Assembly: GCF_009914755.1 (NCBI RefSeq) | Contig: NC_060930.1 | From: the human T2T-CHM13v2.0 reference genome, Homo sapiens | DNA: 64,000 nt | Reading direction: 5' to 3' (one strand) | Shown here: in pieces, positions 25,939-39,882 of the stretch | Layout of the letters: each line of letters starts with the position of its first letter | Numbering within the stretch: the stretch's first letter is position 1 | Program-made: the position numbers and the translations under genes | Notes under the pieces: model-generated | Databases searched by the model: none | What the model saw: the letters and a program-made list of their open reading frames with translations, nothing else | What the model was told of the DNA's origin: nothing

Positions 25939-28900
25939 TCACTTTACTTGGTAAATTCTAGTAAGATAGCTTTTCCTCTTTTCTGCATATGCTCTGAGCT
26001 CTGCCGGTTTGAAACTTTGCTACAAAGAGAGGAAAAATAAGTAAGGACTGAATTCATAAAGTTTGTTATGTTGATTGTAAAGTACTTTAAAATGTAGACC
26101 CTTCCTTATGATAGCTAGGTCATATTTGCATTTGAGCAAATAAATATACAGAATTCAGCATACCCTAGCAATTACCAACTTTTCTAGTGTCATACGTTAT
26201 CCACTGCTCCTGTATTTCTCTGTCATTGAGTAATATAATTACTATACTGGATGTTCTTTATTTTCTGTGAAGTTATTCTTCATTTCCTGCCTTGCAATGC
26301 AGTTGAAAATATGTTGAGACCTTGAAAAATGCTCAGTGTAAAATCAACATATCTGAGCTTGCTTATTTTTAAGGACAAATAAAAATATGTTTTTGGTAAT
26401 ATGATTTCAACTTGTGTGAATTAGGCCATGCTGATTATACAAATGGGCTATATTTTTATTATAAAATACAGAGAATGATTAAGCAAATTAAAAATTAGAA
26501 ACAAAAATATAAATGTTAATATGTAGGTGAAATGTATTTTTGTTCTTTCAGTAAATAGTTTTCTGTGTAATCTTATATCTTATAGTAACTATTATACCTA
26601 TTTTATTTAGAAAATTTACTTTCTATAATATTAACTTGAAACATTTAAATTTGCTTTCATAATGAAAACTCATAATGTTGAGGTTATATTAAAGAGTAAG
26701 TTTGTGAAGTTCAGAATTCAGCCAGATATGTCCCTAAACTATTTGAAACAGATACATTGTCAATAAACATCTAATAATTCTTTTCTCAATTTTTAAAAAA
26801 TTTAGTATCTATCAACAAAGAAGAAAAAGAAATGTTTGGACCCTTAAATCTAATTTCCTCTTTCAGTTTTCTTTCTACTCTTCTCAAACATCTACATTAT
26901 ATCCTCATATCAACTTCCTCCTTGTAAAATAAACACAAAGAAATCATGTTTTATCAAAAAATTAAACTGTGGGTAAGTTTCAAGAATAGAAACATGTTAA
27001 ATACAGCATAGCCAGTATTCTCAGTGCAATAACATTTCTTAAATTAAACATTGATACATTTTGTATCATATTGCTGCAGACTGATAGCTTAGTTTAGCTA
27101 TAATTTCTATTGCTTTAAAGAAAATAGAGAGAATATTCGGTTTTAGAATTTATGAATAAACATTGATATATAAAATTACAAAAACGACTCTGCAGAAAAA
27201 TGTGTCTACTTACCTACCTATCTATCACCAGTGTACCTCCTGTTTTATACCTTGCTAAAGACAACATTAACATGGAGAATTCAACTCTAGTAATCCTTTG
27301 CCGTACCTTGATTTCAGAAGTAATTATTTCATTGCTCGATGCTACCTTGTCTGTGGTCCTGGTGTAAATTTCTTTCTAATTACAAAATGTCCGCCATATT
27401 TTTTTAGGATGTGTTGCCAAAATTTGGGTTGAAAGCATTGTTAATGAATCCTGTACTGTTTTCACATCAGTGGGCCTGCAACTCTTCAGCCTTGGATAAG
27501 AAGTGTATATATATACCTTCTTTGCTGGCAGATGAACAGCTGCTTCAGATTTTCAATGGCTACAGTTATAACAGTAGTAAATAATGCTAGGTTTTTCTTT
27601 CTCCTAGAGTCATTATTGACTCGGATATTGTTACTTAGAATGTCAGCTGTTAGGCTCTCAGGTTTATAGAACAAATGGCAAGAAATCAAAACAACAAACA
27701 AAGGACAGTCTATTAAAATACTTAAAGTATGTTGAGTTAAAATTTATTTACATTTCACTGAATTTTTCCCAGTGTAGAAGACATCTTAATAGGCAATGAG
27801 ATTATAGACCAAGAATTACTAAAATATCCTAATAAGGAAGAATTTAAATCTAACAAAATTATCAAAGAAACATTTTAAGTGACATATGCTGATTCTAATA
27901 TAACAGTAACAAAAATGAATGGATGCACAGAAAATACTATTTTTATTGTAGATACATGCAGACATCATAGAGATTCATTTGAACAAATCTTTGTCTGGTT
28001 AAGAGCAGGGGAAATGAATCTTGGGTGTTAGGAAGACCAGGTACTGAAATACAGTCCATTCTGCTACAGCACATTCTGGTAATATTAATTAGCTCATGAG
28101 TGATAGACTAGGAAAATTTGTCAGCATAACACAGAAGTGATGTTTCTCACATCAAGAAACAGCAACTGAGTATAATGAGTCTCTAACCCAGTAAAATTCT
28201 CCAGGGCCAGGACATTCATACTTATCCTATTCTTCCTCTTGGCCAGGATTAGTCATATGCCAGCTGTAGGGAATCTTACCAAAATCTTACATAATTTTTC
28301 TGAATGTTGCCATTGTCTCCATAACTCAGAAAAATGAATTCTTTTTTAATAATCTTCTCATCAAGCTACTGTCACCTTTTTAAATGAAATTGTTGTATTT
28401 ACTCCAACTTTCTTTATCAGTAATGATACCTTACCTTTTTTACTATCTAATATTTTATTAGAATTATGTTGCTTGGGCTAGTGTTCTGATTATTAATGGC
28501 ATACATTTTGAATGGGCTATTCCAACTTTTCATCTTATTGTTTTTAGATATAATTCTGGGAGATTTTGAGGAATAAATATGTTATATTACAACGGATACC
28601 ACAATATGGTATGTTGGGTAAGTATGAATAGCCCATTACAGCCAGGATATTTGTTGGCACATGTATATTACTTAATTAATAAATCATAGTCCATGACCAC
28701 GAAGAAAATGGGTTAAGAATCAAATAAATTATATATAGAAAGACTACTTGAAAGGCATTTGTAGTGTAAGTAAAATTGTAGGGAGGAAAAGCAACAGTGC
28801 CAAAGACCAACTATGTCTAACAGGTTTTATTATTTTGTAATATTTAGAATCAGTAAATATTTGATAATTAATTGAATTTAGATGGGTGTGATGGTGGAAG

Positions 28901-29939
28901 GAAGAGCAGGGATTGGACACTGACAAGGATCAAATTTACATGTTTAAATGCTTGAAATAGGGAGAGAGAGAGACTATAAAAGAGAGGGAAGTTGAGGAAT
29001 GAGAAGATTTTGGGTCAAAGAATCCAAGCATATATAGACTTCCCCTATTTAGCAGTCCTAAAGAAATTAAACAAGGGAACTTGAAATGTGCATTGTTTTC
29101 AGATTCCAGGTAGGATAGTCAGAATTGGAAATACAAACTTCTTTATTTTAGTTTATCTATCATTCCATAACCACAGCTTTGTGCTAACACTGTATAAACA
29201 TTATAATGACTAAATTCAGGCTTACTGAAATTGATTATCCATGCTTCTAAACATGAGTTAATAAATTTCAACTCTTGACCATAACATGAACTAATGAACA
29301 TGAATTAATCAGTAATAAACCAGAACATAAACGTGATCTGGTTAAACATGATGTATGGCATAGTGGCCATCCTCTCATTATCCATACATACAATAGATTT
29401 ACAAGTAAGCTTCAAAATGGATAAATTTGAGAGATTTTTGCTAGGATTAACATGAATATATTTCATCTTAATACAAAATGGGCTACTCAAGTTATCTTAA
29501 AATTGTGCGTAAATAATTTAAAATAATATGTAAATTACCAGGTCAATTTATGTGATACAGTCATTTCAATATATGTCTCTAAGGTTACCAGTTTCATATG
29601 GAACCAGAAGGGTAGATCATTAATGGGCTAATGTAATTCTGGAAGAATTAGTCAGCTCCTAAGGGGATATGGGATTTATCTCAACTCTAGCTAGGAAAGA
29701 GCATAAACAAAATAAATAAATTTATCATTTCAGAATAACTTCAAGGCAGAAAGAGATGTTTGAACTGGAAACCAAATAAAACCTAAACCAATTACCTGCC
29801 TTTACAGCTATACAGCTATACAGGATTACAGATGCAGAATCTCAGATTACTCACACAATCTGTGTTTCCCTGTCTCTCTTACACTTTTGTCGTCAACCCA
29901 GTGAAACATAAAGATAAACTGATATGCTAAGTGCATGTG

Positions 29940-30012
29940 CAAATATATATATCATTTGTATATATATATATATAAAACATATATCACATTGTGTATATAT
30001 CATATATACACA
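29940..30012. repeat. (TA)n low-complexity repeat
   Basis: Direct inspection. Confidence 0.8.
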
Positions 30013-31950
30013 GATATTAAAATTATTTGATTAACATCAACATCAGAGGCACCTGTAGAGTATAAAGTTTCAATATATTCATTTTACTCTGTCTTAATTA
30101 CTTGGAATTGTTGTTAAGCATGGGTCAACTAGTGCTGAAGTAGCTGGGAACAAGTTAAATGTGCATGTGTGTGATTATTTGGGTGGGTCCCTAGATTGGT
30201 TTGAAGGTGAACTAAAAGAAACCCTTTAGCCTATTTCCTGTTGCTTTTCTGAGAAAACATCCAATCCTGCTGTCACTCACAGTAAGAAGCCAAGCATCCT
30301 TTCTGACTTACTTTATCCTAGAAAACCTTAACATTTTGAAACAGACAAAAGTTTAACTTACCCTAAGACACAGACTTCTTGCTTATATGCTCTGTGTAGC
30401 ACTGTCCCAGAATGCAACCCAGAGAATAAAATACAGAACAACACAGGCATATATATTGTCAAATGAACCCCAATTAAAACTTACAGAAATTCTTAGATAT
30501 CCAGACGTAAATTCTCACTTGTAGTAACCTTTAAGGCAGTCATAAACAATGGGACTATTTTGTTATTACGTCATTAAAACTAGGAGAGCCGTCAAAGACA
30601 CCTGCTGATTCTCCCATTTCCCTGCCCTGCCCTTGGTTTCATTGGGCATATGGTAACCAACAGGATAAAAATAAGAACCAGTCCTGATGCCCTTTTCTCA
30701 TTTGTTGGGAATCCTCAATTTACGCTTTGGAGAAATGTTGTAAGAGTAATATTTGTAGCATTAAATTTGGGGTAAGATACATGAGGGGGGATACACACTT
30801 TTCTTATTTCAAACTTCATTCTATAATGCATTGTATGCACCTCTTGCCTTGACCATAGCATCATTGCTACTAAATGTATATGCAATATTATTATGCCTTC
30901 TAAAGTTAGTGTTCAAGACAGTCTATAAATCACTGTATAAAGACAACAAAGAAAAATAATATTTTAAAGTTACTTGTGTATGTGTGCGTGTATAGTGACA
31001 AACATCACATTTTCTAAGAATTTTTAATTTGAAAAAAAAATCTTCCAAGAAGAAATGGGAAAATAAAATCTCTTATTTTCTTTTAAAACTTGTATTTTGA
31101 TATTTTTATTAAAACAACAACCCAGAACCCATTTAGATCATCAAGTTATCTTTGAAACTTGACAATGTTTTTAAAGTGCCACAATTTTTGAGTCTCTCCT
31201 CAAGATTTGATATTTGTACCCCGGTTTTCAGATATAATTCACCTAAAAAGGAGCAATAAGAATAATATTATTTCAATTTTTCTTATATCTATATTTTATA
31301 AAAAAGTGTCTAAATTATTATTGTGGGATTATGAACAAAGATGCTTTCAATTTCCAAGCACTATACTATTACACAGAACTTACATTGAGAGTTTGATTTA
31401 CATGCATTTTAGTAGGCTGTCATTAATTTTATGCATTAGTTTTCTAATAGTAAGTATTACAGTATAATTATAGAATTCAGAATGCCTAAATTCTTAGGTC
31501 TGTATGTTTTTAATAGGCTATGAGGTTAAGCTAGTATTTAGATGTAAGGTCTGAATATTTTCCAGATTGACTCTTGAAATATTCCATAACCAGTGAATAA
31601 ACCACCTTGAATTAGGAATGAAAAAACATCTCTTCAGATCAACCAATTTGCTACTAAAATGTATTCTGTGATAAGAGTAAATCATCCTTAAGATAATAAC
31701 CATAGTTAAGAAGCATGCTTGAGAAAATAAAGAGCTATCCCATTTTTTCCTTTCAAAGTTTGAATCAAAGCTAAATGTCTTCTGAAATGTGAGGCATTCT
31801 GCCAAACTCTGCAGGGACTGTCTTCTGCAGTTACTATCACAAGCAAATGACCACTTTCTTATATAGCATGTTAACCTTTCATCCTAAAAATAATGATATT
31901 AGCTCAGTCAATGAATTTCTACTTGTTCTTTTAATCATCCTGTCCCGTCC

Positions 31951-31952
<2 letters not shown>

Positions 31953-32003
<51 letters not shown>
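31953..32003 (+). repeat. Pure poly(A), 51 nt
   Basis: Uninterrupted A run with no adjacent Alu or L1 body. Confidence 0.95.
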
Positions 32004-32010
<7 letters not shown>

Positions 32011-33174
32011 GGCTTTCAAGTCTTTAATGAGTGTCTGTGCAGAAGTTTCACATTAATTGTTTTACACCATTACTATGACTTGTAAGCAGAAATATGCATA
32101 TTAAGCAGGAATTAGATTTCTAATTAAACAGTCCACATTAAGGCTGACTGCCAAACATGAGTTAGTCTTAAAGGTATTTATAGAGAGATGTTGTTTCAGG
32201 AATATTTGTGTTCATATTCTCACTAGCCAGGGAATTATCCAACAAGGTACTGGCACAATTCCTCTACTATGAACAAGCAGATTACTTGTTTGCTTATTTG
32301 TTTTTGGAAGCTGTTAACAAATAAGTGGGTGCATGTATTCGTGGTTTAGCTCTTAGGATTAATTCTAATCAAAGAATTTCAGAAAAAGCAATCAAGGGCA
32401 ATGGTTCATATCTGCTGTGAAAGGAATTATCAATCAGGCAAAAACTTTCCAAACTCTTCAACATGAAGATTACAGTACCTAGAGGTGGCTGCCTTGACTA
32501 TGGTTTTCATTTTTTTCCCAAACTCCCAAAAGGCACTGATAAATCCTGGAAGATTTGGTGATACTCTGCATTCAATAATCTATTAGGAACTGAAAAGGCT
32601 AACACATATTTCCAAAATTATTTTCCAATAACCTGCCTCTGATATCTTGGATTTTACCGTTTAGATATTTCTTCCTTCCCCTTGAACCCCAAGTAACATT
32701 ATTCTGTGACACTTCACTGATGGACATGGACAGGTTTTAAAGATAAAGATCTATTAAAAATAAAAGAATAGTAGCAACTCAATAGAATGAATTATTTTGC
32801 AGAGGAGGCATTAAAGACAGCATGAGGATACTTGGTGACCTGGACAAAAAAGGAAGGAATGGAAATAAATTACAAAACGAGTTGTTCTGTAAACTGAAAG
32901 AAAACACCTAATTTAAAACTTTCTTTCAAGCACCCTTTGCCAATGAACGATGACCCCCATTAGTGAGCAATTATTTCAAAAAAATGATTGTAAAGTGTAT
33001 TCTAATACTCACCAGTACACTTTTAAATCTACTAGAATTTACCTTTCTTTAATGCAAGTGAAAATATGCAATCTTTACTGAATCTTGATTGGTTGATTGG
33101 AAGCATTAACAACACCATATTCCTTCTATTTTGGTTAATTTAAATAACAAATAATTTTGTATAATACTAATTGT

Positions 33175-33470
33175 GGCCTGGCGCGGTGGCTCACGCCTGT
33201 CATCCTAGCACTTTGAGAGGCGGAGGCGGGTGGATCACGATGTCAGGAGATCGAAACCATCCCAGCTAACACGGTGAAACCCCGTCTGTACTAAAAATAC
33301 AAAAAATTAGCCCGGCGTGGTGGCGGGCACCTGTAGTCCCAGCTACTCGGGAGGCTGAGGCAGGAGAACGGCCTGAACCCAGGAGGCGGAGCTTGCAGTA
33401 AGCGAGATCATGCCACTGCACTCCTGCCTGGGTGACAGAGCAAGACTCCATCTCAAAAAAAAAAAAAAAA
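33175..33470 (+). mobile_element. AluY, full length
   Basis: CpG-rich, AluY diagnostics (gagatcga..accatc..gctaacacggtg; ggcggagcttgcagt); TSD aatactaatt. Confidence 0.95.
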
Positions 33471-33812
33471 TACTAATTTTATGTTTACTGTAGTTTATTA
33501 AGAGCATACGAAAAAGTAAAGATACATGTATTAAGATTTAATAGAGAAATATATGTTTATATGAGTTTAAATTTACTTTAATAGCCCACATTTGTATAAA
33601 AGTTATACTTTTGAAAAATTTAGTGACTGTAAACTGAAAGTCAGTTTAATTTTTAAATCATTCTGAAACCTATATTTTTAATTTTATAAGTTATTTATTT
33701 GGTAAGAGCACATCATACTGAGAAACGATCTGTTATGAACAACTCATATTAGCAATTTTTAATGAGAAAAATACTTTTAAAAAAGTAAAAGTAATCTATT
33801 TAAATATATTGG

Positions 33813-34224
33813 TGTCTTAGAGCATGTTATGCTGCTATAACAATATACTTGAAACTGAGTAATTTACAAAGAACAAAAAAATATTTTTACAGTTCTGGAG
33901 CCTGGGAATTTAAGATCAAGGCAAGGAAAGGTTCAATGTTTGGTGAGGGCTGCTCTTTGCTTTGAAGATGGCACTTTGAATGCTGCAGAGGGAAGGAGTT
34001 CTGTGGAGGAGAGGAAAGATGGATCCTTGCATGGCAGAAGGCAGAAGGGCAAAAAGGAGCAAACATCCTCCATCAAGCCCTTTTATAAAGGCATTAATCC
34101 ATTCATGAGGGCAGAGCCCGCATGATACAAACACTTCCCAAAAATCTCTATCTTCCAACACTGTTGCACTGGGGATTAAGTTTCAACCCTAGAGTTTCAG
34201 TAGGAACACATTCAAATCATAGCA
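33813..34224 (-). mobile_element. MaLR solo LTR (MST/MLT1A-like)
   Basis: tgtcttag..gctgctataaca..cagttctggag..attcaaatcatagca. Confidence 0.82.
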
Positions 34225-34235
34225 CTTAGTCAATG

Positions 34236-34336
34236 TTCTTAGATTTTCTTAGATTTTTTTATTTAAATACTTTTTAAAATTTTAAATAAAATTCTTAAAT
34301 TTCTTAGATTTTATTTTTTATTTAAATACTTTTTTA
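34236..34336. repeat. Local AT-rich duplication (ttcttagatttt..tatttaaatacttttt x2)
   Basis: Direct inspection. Confidence 0.7.
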
Positions 34337-34600
34337 ATTCTGTGTTTACCTACTTTCCATTTCTTCTGTGTTGAGAGTAACTGTGAATGTAGTAAACCTC
34401 ACAGACATTTACAATTAGAGATCTTTGTTACATTAGCAAGTCTACAACTTATGAGCTGTACTGCTCTTAGGACTGACTGATATACACTGCACCTACTCTC
34501 TATTTTTATGAAAAAAGACATGCAAAGAACCCAAGTACTCAGAGTAAGAGGTCTCTTAATAAATATTTCCTTTCCTTGTAGATTAAATGCCTGAGACTAC

Positions 34601-34665
34601 AGTTCTCTAAGGTTACTATTTTTTGCTTAACAGTTCTAGTTCTTAAGGTTACTATTTTTGCTTAA
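34601..34665. repeat. ~30-bp tandem duplication (agttc..taaggttactatttttgcttaa x2)
   Basis: Direct inspection. Confidence 0.8.
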
Positions 34666-34784
34666 TTATTGTATTTAACTAGACTATGTTTGAAAAAGTA
34701 ATATCATGACACAGATTTGTTAATAAAATGTATTACATATGAATGTTATCTAAACCTGTTATAGAATTTCTCCATTTGTTTCTA

Positions 34785-35088
34785 TTTTTATTTTATGAGT
34801 AGATAATAGGTGTATATATTTTGGGGGTACATAAGATATTTTGATACAGGCATGCAATGTATAATAATCACATCAGGGTAAACGGGGTATACATCACTTC
34901 AAACATTCATCATTTCTTTGCATTATGAACATCCCAATTGTACTCTCCTGTTTATTATTATAAAATGTACAACAAATTATGGCTTACTGTAGTCACCCTG
35001 TTGTCCCATCTAATGCTAGATCTTATTCATTGTACCTAACTATATTTTTGTATCCATTAACGATGCCCATTTCCCATCCCTCTCTCCC
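34785..35088 (-). mobile_element. L1MA 3' end
   Basis: gggggtacataagatattttgatacaggcatgcaatg..tgtagtcaccctgttg. Confidence 0.8.
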
Positions 35089-35290
35089 AGGATTTCTCTA
35101 TTTGAGTGACTGGCGACATTGTTATCAGTAGTGCTGTTAAATTTAGATATTTTTATTTTTATTTTTTTACATTTAGTGTATAGCTTATTCTAATTATTCC
35201 TTTCTTCACAAAATCCTTTGAGTTTCTCATTTCCTATTTTTTTAACTTACTGATTAATCTGATTGTCTCCAGGATAGCCTATTTGTTATA

Positions 35291-35329
35291 ACACACACGC
35301 ACACACACACACACACACACACAGAGAGA
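35291..35329. repeat. (CA)n(GA)n microsatellite
   Basis: Direct inspection. Confidence 0.9.
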
Positions 35330-38169
35330 TAAATATCTTCCTGCACTCTTCAAACCATGCTAAGAGTTTTATGCTTGCCTAGAATTTGCTATCACATTCA
35401 TTTGCTGTCATCATACCTCTTTCAATCTTCCGACTCTCCGAAGTTTCTGCCATGCGTTAATCTTTCTTCCTTCGTTTATTCTAGCAAGGTCAGTGTTTCA
35501 CAATCAGTATTTCAGAAGAAGGCATTTCTAGGATATGTAAATTGGCTATATGCTCAGAAATTGTGTCAGTAGTGAAATATATGTATAAACATAAAAAACG
35601 ATCAGGAATATTTTCTTTATTGCAAAGATATTCAAATGTTAATACACATTGTAAAAATTAAAAGATATGGAATGGAATCACCCCCAAAATAATTTGATCA
35701 TAGAAATACTTTCAACCTCCTTATCTCAGGACACACAATTTGAGAATTGCTAATCTAATTCTAAGCAGATTCAATTTGTTTTCTTTTAGCAATTTTGTAT
35801 GAATCTCTACAATATTTCAACTTAAAATTTACCACGATTCCCCCTTTATGTCCTCTTAGGTGTGCACGTGTATATGTACGTGAGTGTGTGAATGTGAGTG
35901 TGTATGCTGAGAATGTAAAATACTCCTACTATAAGAAGACCCTTCTATACCAATATAGGAGACAAAAGGCAGTTTATTACTAGCATTAGCAGAGTTATAT
36001 GCATGTAAGTTGGCATGAAAGCAACTACAAAGCTAGAACAAAATGTCACATATTTCATATAGCAATACAGGAGGAAGAATAATAACTTTAACAAATCAAA
36101 GGGATTCTTTCTTGTGGCAGTATTCCTAAAACACCTATGAGCTAATTCTGGAAATATATTTTTATTAATCTATAAGTCATTTAACTAGGACCTTGGTGAT
36201 ATCTCTTCATCGTAAAAACTGGAAACTGGGCTTAATCCCTAGAGAGATTTATTTCAATCCCAAGAGTTAGAGTAAAAACTCAGATTCACTATATCTCCAA
36301 CGAAACAATTTACAAAAAGGGAGGAGAGGAATATAGTCTCTTTGCCCTTCATAAACAGAAACAAAAATTTTTATTACCCTTACTATATTTCTTATTTTTC
36401 TATAAGTTGCAAACTCAGGAGACAAATTATTTGTTGGATACTTTTTTTAAGTTCTTGTCTGATTATATACCTCACTTCTGTGTCTTCTACTTTATCGCAT
36501 ATACTGCTTTTTCACCTGGTGCAGTGCTGTATAGAGTGGGCCCTTAAGCAACATTGTTAAATATCTCACTTACTAAAGCAAATGCCAGGAAGACTCCAGG
36601 GTAAAAATTACTCCAAAAGCTCTAAGCAGGAAATACATGGACAGTAAATCACTGCCACATTAAAAAGAACATACTATGTTTCTGAATATTAGATTATTAT
36701 ACACAATAGTAGATATATACAATAATCTCTATTATCAATGTGATGATCTCAATAGAGATTCTCATTTTAAAAGATGAAGTTCTTACTCCTTTGAGTTTCT
36801 CACTTTATATTTTTTAACTTAGTGATTGATCTGATTATCTCCAGGATAGTCCTATTTATGGTTAGGGTTTTATGCTTGCCTAAAATTTGCTATTTAGATT
36901 AAAATTCCACATTGCTCTCACTATTAAATCTTGAGAGGTGAATGAGATTATTCAATAAAGTATTAAACCAAATCCATAAGACATTATATTGGGCTAAAGA
37001 AACACTAAATAATGCTCATTTTCCTATGCTAAAAGTTCTGTTCTTTACAATTTAATTAATATTAAAATGTACCAATTGTAAATACATTTAGTTCACTGAT
37101 GATATGAACTTAAGGAAGCACTGAACCAAGAAAAAGCAGCTAGTGAAATTAAAAGGAACTGTGATCTTGTCTGCTATGTAACTGCTGACACAAGATATTA
37201 CAAATGTTGTAGAATTTTAATTATAAATGTTGCTTGCACATCTATAAAGTATTAAGCACTTTCAAATTTCGAGGAAATAAGTGAGTTAAGGCCACTCACT
37301 TTTCAAGCAGTGAAGAAAGGTGAAAAAATCAAGTGACCTTCCCTGTATACCAATTACAGAAACCTAATTTCTCTTTTGATTAGAGTCACAGAGGTGACTG
37401 AGTTGAATGAAAAGTTGTCTTGCATTTAAAATAGCACAAGTATTATTTATCTAAGAAGTCCTCATAACATATTGCATCCAGAAGTACAACAACAAATTAA
37501 AGAAAACAACAAGTTAAAAAGCCTAAAACTTAAAGCTGATTCCAAACAATTCAGCTGCCATCAGATTATTCTATTTTACCATATTACTCTGTCCATGTTA
37601 CCATTTTGAGATTTGATATCCTGGTTGAACTACTTTAGGGATATCATGAGTGGTTTATCGCTCTGTGAGGTTGCAGAAGATGATGGAAAATGAACAGTGG
37701 TCAAGTTCAGTGCTTTATGTTAGTATATTTGGATGAAGTGCCATATAAATGGCTGGGTGAAAAAGACACCATGGAAAAGGGTAGTGTAACTGCTCACAAT
37801 CACAAGGGATTTGTTTGAAGTTTCTTTTCCATGTAATAAACACGAAATAAGATTATTCCCCAGAGTATTCATGTTTATAAATTAATCTCATTATATCTGT
37901 ATTCCCTATAGGATTTTTGTCACAAATTGTGATGTAAAAGTATTTGGCATTTTCTACTTTTTTTTCCCTTTGGGTTGTATATTAATTGATATCACAATTA
38001 AGATGTTTTCCAGCTAGAACTGTAAAAAAGTGAAGAGTTTGATTCCTGATGCTGTTGGGACCAAGACTCAATTTATGTTGCAGTTGACCTTTGCTGCAGG
38101 TCTTCAATGAAAGGAAATGTGAATGTCATCAAATTGGTTGAAAAATAAATACTCTTAAGACTATATTGA

Positions 38170-38538
<369 letters not shown>

Positions 38539-38932
38539 TCACAGAATATGTGAACACTGGATTTCCTCTGGCGTGAATATAGTTAGAGTGCTAATATGTG
38601 TCAAGCCCTTGCTATGTGGAGTGTATACAAAAATAAATAAAGTGCAATCTATACTTTTAATGCAAGCACTGTTGGGGGTGTGAGTTAGAAATAGACCTGT
38701 AGAACAGATCACTACTCTTCAATGTGCTAACACAGTAATTATGAACAAAATGTTCAGAAAAATACTGTAGTAATAAATATCAATGAGGAAGATGGAAAGA
38801 ATCTCCAGGGCAGCAATGGTAGAAATGAATTGTAAAAGATAACCAAGCTTCCCAGACAGAGAAAGTGTACTGTGAGGGAAACATAACAGTAACAATAAAA
38901 TAATAACGTCAGGAAGAAGCAACAGTTACATA

Positions 38933-39200
38933 CCTTCCCTCCTTCTCTTCCTTCCTCCCTTCCTTCTTTCCTTCCTTTTCCTCCTTCCTTCCTTCCTCCC
39001 TTCCTTCTTTCCTTCCTTTTCCTCCTTCCTTCCTTCCTTTCCTTCTTTCCTTCCTTTTCCTCCTTCCTTCCTTCCTTTCCTTCCTTCCCTTCCTTCTTCC
39101 CTCCCTCCCTCTTTCCTTTCTTTCTCTCTCCCTTTGTTTGTTTGTTTCGTTCTTTTTCTTTCTTTCTTTCTCTCTCACACACACGTACACACACTCTCAC
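38933..39200. repeat. (TTCC)n/(TTTC)n polypyrimidine tract followed by (CA)n
   Basis: Direct inspection; explains the R/K/E/G-rich ORFs at 38754-39221. Confidence 0.95.
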
Positions 39201-39882
39201 AGACACAGTATGGTAATACAAATTGATGCTCTTAATAATAGGAGTGTCTTAGTAGTACTGAACATCTAGGTCTCTTAAAGGGCTCACATCTTAGTCTGTG
39301 AGAGCGTTCTAAATGTGAGAATTTGAAAAGGAAAGTTTATGATAACAGCATCTGATATGAATTTTTCAAACCCACAGGAGTTTCAGTGAATTAAGTTTTG
39401 CATTCGTATTTATTTCTTCAGACATACAAAGATGTCATCTATTGAACTATAGTGTTCTGGTGATACTTTCTGTTTTGTTTTTTTTTTTAATCTGTTGCTT
39501 ATTGATGGAATAGTCATTGCTTAAGGGCAAATAGTGGTTTTGCCCTTCCATTATTTTTCTTCTAAGTCAGAGATTCAGTAAAGCTAACATTTTACTGAAT
39601 ACTTTAAAAATACGGATTTTAAAAGCTACAGTCAATGAGAACCTCTACTAAATTTTAACCTCACTCAAATTAGAAAAATCTTCTAATTCTGTATGTGAGT
39701 GCTAAAGGAAACCATGAATCTGATATTGAAAATCATTTTTGAACCACAGTATTTTATGACTGCATGAAAGATCTGACATTAAACTATGTAAGTTGCTCTC
39801 TTGGATTGGCATAAAAATTGTGTCCATAAAAACTATGATTTGTGATTATTTCTCATCTGGAGTGTGTCCATGTTCATGCTAC

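Noticed and set aside
35285-35356. Segment missing from the duplicate copy as a spliced-out intron
   Set aside because: It starts with GT but does not end in AG, has no GT-AG pair on the minus strand, and copy 2 has no poly(A) or TSD.
38754-39221. 155-aa R/K/E/G-rich ORF
   Set aside because: It is a translation of the (GGAA)n simple repeat.
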